A program made the position numbers and the translations under genes. From Bacillota bacterium (GTDB taxonomy: Bacteria; Bacillota_I; Bacilli_A; RF39; UBA660): DNA of 64,000 nt. Below, piece by piece: positions 9,156-19,084 of this stretch; positions within the stretch are counted from its first letter, which is position 1, and every line of letters begins with the position of its first letter. The stretch is taken from contig JAEYYH010000023.1 in NCBI GenBank assembly GCA_023430885.1, forward strand, positions 48,577 through 112,576, written 5' to 3'. The notes under the pieces are model-generated. The model was not told where the DNA came from and did not search any database. It was given only the letters and a program-made list of their open reading frames with translations.

Positions 9156-9199
9156 TTTTATATTTCCCAAAAAAAAATTAAAATTTTTATATTTCCCAA
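9156..9199 (+). repeat. 15-nt direct repeat TTTTATATTTCCCAA (two copies, 29-bp period) in oriC-proximal spacer
   Basis: Read directly at 9156-9170 and 9185-9199. Each copy contains TATTTCCCAA, the Noc-site half TATTTCCC plus AA. Confidence 0.7.
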
Positions 9200-9238
9200 C
9201 TTTTTCTTTTGTTTTCAAGGGTTTTTTGGATTTTTCTA

Positions 9239-9267
9239 TTGGAATTTTTAATAAAATAGGGTAAAAT
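9239..9267 (+). promoter_or_regulatory. candidate sigma-A promoter of dnaA
   Basis: TTGGAA (9239-9244), a 17-nt spacer, then TAAAAT (9262-9267), about 30 nt upstream of the dnaA ATG. Confidence 0.45.
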
Positions 9268-9296
9268 GTGTTTAGACAAGACAGTGGGGTGGTTTT

Positions 9297-10646
9297 ATGG
9301 ATTATAATATTATATGGAACAAATTTCTTGATAAAATTAAGCAAGAAATTCAACCTATTAATTATGAAACTTGGTTTGAGGAAACTAAATTAATAGATAT
9401 TAGTACTAATTATGCTAAAGTTTTAGTTCCTATGACCCTACATAAAAAACATTTAAAAGATGCTTATAACGATATAGTAACTTCTATATTCAATGAAATA
9501 ACAGAATCAAATTTTATTATTGAATATGTAACAGAAGATGAATTAGAAAACAATATTGTTATAGATACAGATAAAATAGGGATTCCTTTAGATAGTTTTG
9601 AAAGTAATTTAGATGCAAAATATACTTTTGATAATTTTATAATTGGAAAATCAAATAAATTTGCTAAAATGAATGCAGTTGCGGTAGCTGAAAGACCTGG
9701 ACAAATATATAATCCGATGTTTATATATGGACCAAGCGGAGTTGGAAAAACTCATCTAATGCAGGCAATAGGAAATTATATTATTCAAAATTCTAATAAG
9801 AAAGTATTATATGCTACTAGTGAAAAATTTGTAAATGATTTTTTAAAAATATATAGGGATAAAAAAGAAAGTGATAATTTCACAACAATTGATGAATTCA
9901 AAAATAAGTATAGGGATATAGATGTTCTTATAATAGATGATATTCAATATCTTGAAATAGCAAAAACCACACAACAGGAATTCTTTAACACATTTAATGA
10001 ATTACACAGTAAAAACAAGCAAATAATTATTTCTTCTGATAGATCACCAAATGATTTAAAAAAATTAGAAGATAGATTATTAACAAGGTTTTCTTGGGGA
10101 CTTTCTGTTGATATAATGCCACCAGATTTTGATTTAAGAATGAACATTATTAATAATAAATTTAAAAGTAATGAAATAATGGTAGACTTTCCTGAAGATG
10201 TTAAAGAGTTTATTGCTAGTATATGCACTAGTGATGTAAGAAAGCTAGAAGGTTGTATAAATAGGGTACTAGCTTATGCTTCAATAATGAATGGTTCTAA
10301 TATAGACTTACCACTTGCTGAAGAGGCATTAAACGGATATGTGGTTAAAACAATTATTTCAAAAAATAAAATTGATCAAGTACAACAAATTATTTCCCAA
10401 AAATTCAATATTAATGTTGAAGATTTAAAAAGTAAAAAAAGAAAAGCCACAATTAGTTATCCTAGACAAATTGCAATGTATATATGTAGAAATTATTTAG
10501 ATGAATCTTTAGCAAGAATTGGTAGTGAATTTGGTGGGAAAGATCACACTACAGTTATGCACTCTGTTAATAAGATTACAAACGAAGTTAAAAGAGATAA
10601 AAATTTAAATGACGAAATTCAAAAAATTGTAAATCAAATTAAATAA
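9297..10646 (+). CDS. dnaA: chromosomal replication initiator protein DnaA
   Basis: 449 aa with AAA+ Walker A GPSGVGKTHL, the sensor region, and the C-terminal DNA-binding helix GGKDHTTVMHS. SD ggggtgg upstream. Confidence 0.98.
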   Translation: MDYNIIWNKFLDKIKQEIQPINYETWFEETKLIDISTNYAKVLVPMTLHKKHLKDAYNDIVTSIFNEITESNFIIEYVTEDELENNIVIDTDKIGIPLDSFESNLDAKYTFDNFIIGKSNKFAKMNAVAVAERPGQIYNPMFIYGPSGVGKTHLMQAIGNYIIQNSNKKVLYATSEKFVNDFLKIYRDKKESDNFTTIDEFKNKYRDIDVLIIDDIQYLEIAKTTQQEFFNTFNELHSKNKQIIISSDRSPNDLKKLEDRLLTRFSWGLSVDIMPPDFDLRMNIINNKFKSNEIMVDFPEDVKEFIASICTSDVRKLEGCINRVLAYASIMNGSNIDLPLAEEALNGYVVKTIISKNKIDQVQQIISQKFNINVEDLKSKKRKATISYPRQIAMYICRNYLDESLARIGSEFGGKDHTTVMHSVNKITNEVKRDKNLNDEIQKIVNQIK

Positions 10647-10797
10647 TACAGTGGAAAACTAATAACTTTACACAAATTATAAACACAAAAAAATGTAAAT
10701 AAATCTTTAAAATAAAGAATAATTTACACTTATCCACATTTTCCACTGCAATAATAATAATAACTATATAAATAATAAGAAAAGAGGACTTATAAAT
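10647..10797. promoter_or_regulatory. oriC part 2: DnaA boxes, TAA-trio run and AT-rich unwinding region between dnaA and dnaN
   Basis: agtggaaaa 10650-10658. A perfect TTATCCACA at 10730-10738 directly abuts TTTTCCACT at 10739-10747. After GC comes (TAA)x4 at 10752-10763, then AT-rich sequence up to the dnaN SD. Confidence 0.75.
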
Positions 10798-11916
10798 ATG
10801 AAAATTAAAATTAAACAAAACATTATAATGGAACATCTTAATTATGTAATAAGAGGTATATCAACTAAGAATCTTATTCCAATTTTAAACTGTATAAAAT
10901 TTAATTTAACTACAGAGGGTTTATATTTGATGAGTACAGATAATGAGATTGCTATCAAGACTTTTGTACCTAAAAAAGATATAGAAGAAATAAAAGAGTT
11001 GGGTGAATTAGTAGTAAGTGGAAAATTGTTTTACGAGATTATAAGAAAATTAGATAGCGAAGATATAAATATAGAAGAACTAGTAGATTCCAAACTTAAT
11101 ATATATACAAAAAATTCTTCATTTACTTTAAACTGTAACAATTCTAACGACTTTCCTGATTTAGAATTATCTGAAAAAGAAAATCCAATTAAGATTAGCC
11201 AAAAAATCTTTAAAACAATTATAAATCAAACTATATTTGCTACATCAACACAGGAATCAAGACCTGTATTAACAGGTATAAATTTTAAGTTTGAGAATAA
11301 CTTGTTGGAGTGTACTGCTACTGATTCATATCGTTTAGCTAAAAAAATAATCAAAGTAAACGCAAATGATGAAAATAATAACATTATAGTTCCTACAAAA
11401 AATTTAAACGAATTAACAAGAATGTTTAATGATAATGATGAAGAACTAGAAATACATATTTTTGATAATAAAGTTATATTTAAATTTGGTTCTATAATAA
11501 TGTTATCTAGAATAATTAATGGTAGTTATCCAGATGCAACAAAATTAATTCCTACTGAATTTAGTTTAATTGTTAAAATTAATTTAAGAAATTTTTACAA
11601 TGCAATAGACAGAGCTTCATTATTAACTAATGAAAGTGATAAAAATACTATTAGATTTGAAACAAATAATAATAATGTAGTTATTTCTTCTAATATTCCT
11701 GAAATTGGATATGTAGAAGAAAACGTTAATATTGATAAAAATGTTGATGAAGAACTTAAAATAGCTTTTAGTTCTAAATATATGATGGACGCATTAAAAT
11801 CTTTTGAATGTGAATATATAAATTTAATGTTTAACGGAGATGTAAAACCTATAATTATTAAAAATCCAGACAGTGATGATTTAACTCAATTAATATTACC
11901 GATAAGAACATATTAA
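10798..11916 (+). CDS. dnaN: DNA polymerase III subunit beta (sliding clamp)
   Basis: 372 aa with a DnaN-typical N-terminus (MKIKIKQNIIMEHLNYVIRGIS) and C-terminus (LILPIRTY). SD aagagga upstream. Follows the dnaA-dnaN order. Confidence 0.97.
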   Translation: MKIKIKQNIIMEHLNYVIRGISTKNLIPILNCIKFNLTTEGLYLMSTDNEIAIKTFVPKKDIEEIKELGELVVSGKLFYEIIRKLDSEDINIEELVDSKLNIYTKNSSFTLNCNNSNDFPDLELSEKENPIKISQKIFKTIINQTIFATSTQESRPVLTGINFKFENNLLECTATDSYRLAKKIIKVNANDENNNIIVPTKNLNELTRMFNDNDEELEIHIFDNKVIFKFGSIIMLSRIINGSYPDATKLIPTEFSLIVKINLRNFYNAIDRASLLTNESDKNTIRFETNNNNVVISSNIPEIGYVEENVNIDKNVDEELKIAFSSKYMMDALKSFECEYINLMFNGDVKPIIIKNPDSDDLTQLILPIRTY

Positions 11917-11920
11917 TACA

Positions 11921-11947
11921 AAAAGTAACAATAAGTTACTTTTTTTG
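11921..11947 (+). terminator. rho-independent terminator after dnaN
   Basis: aaaagtaac / gttactttt 9-bp stem (11921-11929 / 11935-11943), 5-nt loop, T-run. Confidence 0.7.
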
Positions 11948-12057
11948 TTTTTTCAGTTTTTTCGACAAATCTCGATTATATTGATATGTTATAAATACTA
12001 TAGTCCATACTAAAGTGGGTATAGATGTGGACTAAAATATTGTTAGGGGGAATTGTT

Positions 12058-12516
12058 ATGAAAGGTTATGAAATTAATACAGGCACTATGTGTCTAATGC
12101 AACTAAAAAATGGTAATACAAAGGTAATGGAAAGAAATAAAAGTTATGAAATTTTTAATAATATTCATAAAATAGTTGATGAAAGTTGCCGTAGTTTTGG
12201 TAGTTCCTTGTCCGGAAGATTAGCAGGAACAACTAAATTAACAGGGATAAGATATAAGGCTCCTGTAATATTATCTGAAGAATTATCAATAATATTATTA
12301 CCTACAGGATCAACAAGAGGAGAAATATGTCATTGGTTATCTTTATACTCGATTAAAGGATATACTGATGAAGCCCAAGGATCCATTGTTGAACTTATAA
12401 ATGGAGAGAAGATTCATTTAGAAATATCAAAATTTGTATTACAAAATCAAATTAGTAAAGCCATTAGACTAGAGCACTGGCTTAAGCGTCATAATAATGA
12501 ACAAAACAGGTATTAA
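12058..12516 (+). CDS. comK: ComK-family competence transcription factor homolog
   Basis: The 152-aa version starts at the ATG at 12058, preceded by SD taggggga; the ORF-track start 12025 lacks an SD. By eye it aligns with B. subtilis ComK: IVDESCRSFGSSLSGRLAGT vs IVDRSCRFFGSSYAGRKAGT, KAPVIL..LLPTGSTRGEICHWLS vs KPPIMV..LFPTLSSTRPQCGWIS, and NGEKIHLEISKFVLQNQ vs NGKTMELPISYNSFENQ. Confidence 0.72.
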   Translation: MKGYEINTGTMCLMQLKNGNTKVMERNKSYEIFNNIHKIVDESCRSFGSSLSGRLAGTTKLTGIRYKAPVILSEELSIILLPTGSTRGEICHWLSLYSIKGYTDEAQGSIVELINGEKIHLEISKFVLQNQISKAIRLEHWLKRHNNEQNRY

Positions 12517-12528
12517 TCCTGTTTTTTC
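12503..12528 (+). terminator. rho-independent terminator after the comK-like gene
   Basis: aaaacagg / cctgtttt stem (12503-12510 / 12518-12525) spanning the stop codon, followed by a T-run. Confidence 0.7.
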
Positions 12529-12633
12529 TTTATTTAAGTTTATATTTGTGATATAATTATATTGTGTATAGGTATATACCAAGATATATAATTTAAAAAT
12601 AATGTGCTTAAAATTGGAAATGTGGCGATACTT

Positions 12634-15679
<3,046 letters not shown>

Positions 15680-15692
15680 GAGGTGTAGATAG

Positions 15693-18143
15693 ATGGATAA
15701 ATTAGAAGAAGTAAATATAGCAAGAGAAATGCAAAATTCATTCCTAGAATATTCAATGAGTGTAATAATTTCGCGTGCACTTCCCGATTTAAGGGATGGA
15801 TTAAAGCCAGTACATAGAAGAATATTATATACTATGTACGAATCTGGATATACTCCAGATAAAGCATATGTAAAAAGTGCAAAAACAGTTGGAGCCGTAA
15901 TTGGTAATTATCATCCACATGGTGATACTGCTGTTTACGATGCTTTAGTAAGAATGGCACAAGATTTTAGTTATAGGTATACTTTAATAGATGGACATGG
16001 AAATTTTGGTTCTATAGATGGTTATGGTGCTGCTGCATATCGTTATACAGAAGCTCGAATAGCTAAAATGTCTATGGAGTTACTAAAAGATATAAATAAA
16101 GAAACAGTTGATTTTGAGGATAATTTTGATGGAAGTAGAAAAGAACCATCAATTTTACCAAGTAGATATCCAAATATACTAGTAAATGGAACTATGGGAA
16201 TCGCAGTTGGTATGGCAACAAACATACCACCACACAATTTATCTGAAGTAATTGATGGGTGTATAGCATATATAGATAATCCAGAAATAGAACTTTTAGA
16301 ATTAATGAATTATATTAAGGGGCCTGATTTTCCAACAGGTGCGTTAATTTTAGGTAACAGTGGCATTAAAAAGGCTTATGAAACTGGAAAAGGGACAATT
16401 ACAATTAGAGCAAAGGCTGAAATTGTTGAAAATAAAGGAAAAAATGAAATTATAGTTACAGAGATTCCTTATCAAGTAAATAAACTGGTTTTGAGACAAA
16501 GAATAGCAGAATTAGTACGTGACAAGATAGTTGACGGAATAGCTGATTTGCATGATGAATCAACTATTTCCCAAGGAATTAGAATTGTAATTGAATTAAA
16601 GAAAGAAGCTAACCCTAATGTTGTTTTAAATAATTTGTATAAGCATACACAGTTACAAACAACATATGGAATTAATTTTTTAATGTTGGATGATGGACAA
16701 CCAAAAACATTAGGTTTAAAAGATATAATTTCTAAATATATCGATTTTCAAAAATCTGTTATATACAGACGAACAAAGTTTGAATTAGATAAAGCAGAAA
16801 AAAGATCTCACATATTAGAAGGATTAAAAATTGCTCTAGATCATATAGATGAAGTAATAAAAGTTATAAAAGAAGCTTCTACAGATGAGGATGCAAAAAA
16901 CACATTAATTTCAAGATTCAATTTAAGTGATGTTCAAGCAGAAGCTATTATGGAAATGAAATTAAGAAGATTATCTGGATTAGAGAGAAAAAAAATTGAA
17001 GATGAGTTAGCAGAATTATTAAAACTTATTGAGAATTTAAAGGCAATTTTAGCAAGTGAAGAAAAAATTCTTTCAATTATAAAAGAAGAAATGCTTGATA
17101 TTAAAAATAAATATGGTGATGAGAGAAGAACTGAAATCGATAATACTTCTATTGAATTTATAGAAGATGAGTCACTAATTCCAGTAGAAGATATTGTCAT
17201 TACATTAACAAATAAGGGCTATATTAAGCGTATGACTAGTGAAACTTACAAATCTCAAAATAGAGGTGGTGTAGGTGTTAAAGGAATGACAACGAATGAA
17301 GAAGATTTTGTTGAAAATATTACTTCTATGACGACTCATGACTACCTTATGTTCTTTACAAATAAGGGTAAAGTTTATAGGATGAAGGGGTATGAAATAC
17401 CATTATATAACAGACAAGCAAAAGGTTTACCAATAGTTAATTTATTACCTATTGAAAAAGATGAAATTGTAAAAGTTATGTTAACTATAAAAGCTGATGA
17501 AAAAGAAGGTAATATTGTATTTTGTACACAAAGTGGTCTTGTAAAGCGTACTGATCTTATTGAATTTGAAAGCATTAGGACTAATGGTAAAATTGCCATA
17601 ACTTTAAAAGATGAAGATGAACTAATAGCAGCTAAAAAAACACATGGGAACAACGAAATTTTAATTGCTACTTCAAATGGAAGAATGATTAGATTTGAAG
17701 AAAACGAAATTAGAGTAATGGGTAGAACCGCTTCAGGCGTACGTGGAATTGAAGTAGGCGATGGTGTCTGTGTTGGTTGCGAAATAGCCGAACCAGGTCA
17801 AAACATATTAGTTGTTACAGAAAATGGATATGGTAAAAAGACATCTATAGATGAATATAGAATGACTCATAGGGGTAGTAAAGGTGTTAAAGCACTAAAC
17901 ATAACTTCTAAAAACGGTAATATAGTATCATTTAAAACTATTCATGGTGATGAAGATTTAATGATAGTGACAAACAATGGTATTATAATTAGAATATCTT
18001 CAAACCAAGTTTCTTCAACAGGAAGAGTTGCGCAAGGTGTTCGATTGATTAATTTAAAAGATGATCAAAAAGTAAGTACAATAGCAATTTTAAGCAAAGA
18101 AGAAATAATTGAAGAAGTTGAACAAGAAACAAATAATGAATAA
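15693..18143 (+). CDS. gyrA: DNA gyrase subunit A
   Basis: 816 aa with a QRDR-like region (GNYHPHGDTAVYDALVRMAQ), active-site region AAYRYTEARI, C-terminal beta-pinwheel repeats and an acidic tail. Confidence 0.98.
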   Translation: MDKLEEVNIAREMQNSFLEYSMSVIISRALPDLRDGLKPVHRRILYTMYESGYTPDKAYVKSAKTVGAVIGNYHPHGDTAVYDALVRMAQDFSYRYTLIDGHGNFGSIDGYGAAAYRYTEARIAKMSMELLKDINKETVDFEDNFDGSRKEPSILPSRYPNILVNGTMGIAVGMATNIPPHNLSEVIDGCIAYIDNPEIELLELMNYIKGPDFPTGALILGNSGIKKAYETGKGTITIRAKAEIVENKGKNEIIVTEIPYQVNKLVLRQRIAELVRDKIVDGIADLHDESTISQGIRIVIELKKEANPNVVLNNLYKHTQLQTTYGINFLMLDDGQPKTLGLKDIISKYIDFQKSVIYRRTKFELDKAEKRSHILEGLKIALDHIDEVIKVIKEASTDEDAKNTLISRFNLSDVQAEAIMEMKLRRLSGLERKKIEDELAELLKLIENLKAILASEEKILSIIKEEMLDIKNKYGDERRTEIDNTSIEFIEDESLIPVEDIVITLTNKGYIKRMTSETYKSQNRGGVGVKGMTTNEEDFVENITSMTTHDYLMFFTNKGKVYRMKGYEIPLYNRQAKGLPIVNLLPIEKDEIVKVMLTIKADEKEGNIVFCTQSGLVKRTDLIEFESIRTNGKIAITLKDEDELIAAKKTHGNNEILIATSNGRMIRFEENEIRVMGRTASGVRGIEVGDGVCVGCEIAEPGQNILVVTENGYGKKTSIDEYRMTHRGSKGVKALNITSKNGNIVSFKTIHGDEDLMIVTNNGIIIRISSNQVSSTGRVAQGVRLINLKDDQKVSTIAILSKEEIIEEVEQETNNE

Positions 18144-18148
18144 TCACA

Positions 18149-18166
18149 ATGTTTCACGTGAAACAT
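18149..18166. promoter_or_regulatory. parS: parS centromere site 1 (ATGTTTCACGTGAAACAT)
   Basis: Perfect palindrome. The inner 16 bp TGTTTCACGTGAAACA match the parS consensus TGTTNCACGTGAAACA. It starts 5 nt after the gyrA stop. Confidence 0.85.
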
Positions 18167-18196
18167 AAAAAGAGAATCACAAATTCTCTTTTTTTA
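18167..18196 (+). terminator. rho-independent terminator after gyrA
   Basis: agagaat / attctct stem (18171-18177 / 18183-18189), 5-nt loop, T-run 18190-18195. Confidence 0.75.
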
Positions 18197-18218
18197 TGTT
18201 TTAGTTTGAGTATATCTA

Positions 18219-18236
18219 ATGTTTCACGTGAAACAT
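18219..18236. promoter_or_regulatory. parS: parS centromere site 2
   Basis: The same 18-mer, embedded in a 30-bp perfect palindrome at 18213-18242. Confidence 0.85.
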
Positions 18237-18340
18237 TAGATACATATTATATATTATTTTTGAAACACAATATCAAAAATCCATTATATGATTAAAAATT
18301 AGTATTATAATAAATCTTTTTAAAAAATATCACTGTTTAT

Positions 18341-18358
18341 ATGTTTCACGTGAAACAT
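18341..18358. promoter_or_regulatory. parS: parS centromere site 3
   Basis: The same 18-mer, embedded in a 28-bp perfect palindrome at 18336-18363. Confidence 0.85.
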
Positions 18359-18433
18359 ATAAAACAATAATATACACATTATATTTCTTACTAAATGTAG
18401 AAAGTGTCGAATTATAGCAATTATATAACATTG

Positions 18434-18451
18434 ATGTTTCACGTGAAACAT
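18434..18451. promoter_or_regulatory. parS: parS centromere site 4
   Basis: The same 18-mer. It ends 2 nt before the -35 of the SRP RNA promoter. Confidence 0.85.
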
Positions 18452-18453
18452 AG

Positions 18454-18482
18454 TTGCAAAAAAAACAAAAATATAGTATATT
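18454..18482 (+). promoter_or_regulatory. candidate sigma-A promoter of the SRP RNA
   Basis: TTGCAA (18454-18459), a 17-nt spacer, then TATATT (18477-18482). The predicted start near 18489 coincides with the 5' end of the SRP RNA helix. Confidence 0.55.
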
Positions 18483-18488
18483 TATATT

Positions 18489-18560
18489 GCACAACATTTA
18501 TGGTTGAAACAGGTCAGAGTCGGAAGACAGCATCCTTAAAACCCTCTAAATGTGTGTGCT
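18489..18560 (+). ncRNA. ffs: small (about 72 nt) signal recognition particle RNA (4.5S/scRNA type)
   Basis: Terminal helix gcacaacattta / taaatgtgtgtgc with one bulge. Domain IV signature cAGGuc..uc-GGAA-ga..cAGCA (18511-18533) with a GGAA tetraloop. A T-run follows the 3' end. It sits next to tadA-dnaX as scr does in Bacillus. Confidence 0.8.
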
Positions 18561-18581
18561 TTTTAATATATGGTGAATGAA

Positions 18582-19022
18582 ATGAATGAATATATGAAAT
18601 TGGCCCTGTTCGAAGCTAAAAAATCATTAAAATATGGAGATGTTCCAGTTGGAGCAATAATTGTAAAAAATGGTAGAATTATAGCAAAAGCTCATAATGA
18701 AAAAGAAAAAAAGAAAAACGCTATCAAACATGCAGAAATTATAGTTATAGAAAAGGCATGTAAAAAATTAAAAACATGGCATTTAGATGATTGTGATTTG
18801 TATGTTACTTTAGAACCGTGTTTAATGTGCTGTGGAGCAATAATTCAGTCTAGAATTAAAAATGTATACTATTCTACAGAATCAAAAAAATTTGGTTATG
18901 TTGAAAGTATCAATCAATTATTTAATGATAAAAATAATCATATTCCAAAAGTTTATACAGGATTAGAAAAAGAACAATCAGTAAAATTATTGACAGATTT
19001 TTTTAAAGATAAAAGGAATTAA
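18582..19022 (+). CDS. tadA: tRNA adenosine(34) deaminase
   Basis: CMP/dCMP deaminase zinc motifs HAE and PCLMCCGA. The ATG at 18582 has SD ggtga 5 nt upstream; the ORF-track start 18570 is also possible. Confidence 0.93.
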   Translation: MNEYMKLALFEAKKSLKYGDVPVGAIIVKNGRIIAKAHNEKEKKKNAIKHAEIIVIEKACKKLKTWHLDDCDLYVTLEPCLMCCGAIIQSRIKNVYYSTESKKFGYVESINQLFNDKNNHIPKVYTGLEKEQSVKLLTDFFKDKRN

Positions 19023-19045
19023 CAAAAGTTAATTCCTTTTGTTTT
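19011..19045 (+). terminator. rho-independent terminator after tadA
   Basis: aaaaggaattaac / gttaattcctttt 13-bp stem (19011-19023 / 19028-19040) spanning the stop codon, then ttttgtttt. Confidence 0.75.
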
Positions 19046-19084
19046 ATAAGGGTTTGTGTTATAATTTAATAGGAGGTAACTAAT

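Noticed and set aside
8891-9353. Four overlapping 62-71-aa ORFs in the rpmH-dnaA spacer, and a 65-aa ORF at 10639-10836.
   Set aside because: They fall in the DnaA-box and AT-rich oriC regions. Their Phe/Ile/Leu-rich translations come from T-runs, and there is no SD.
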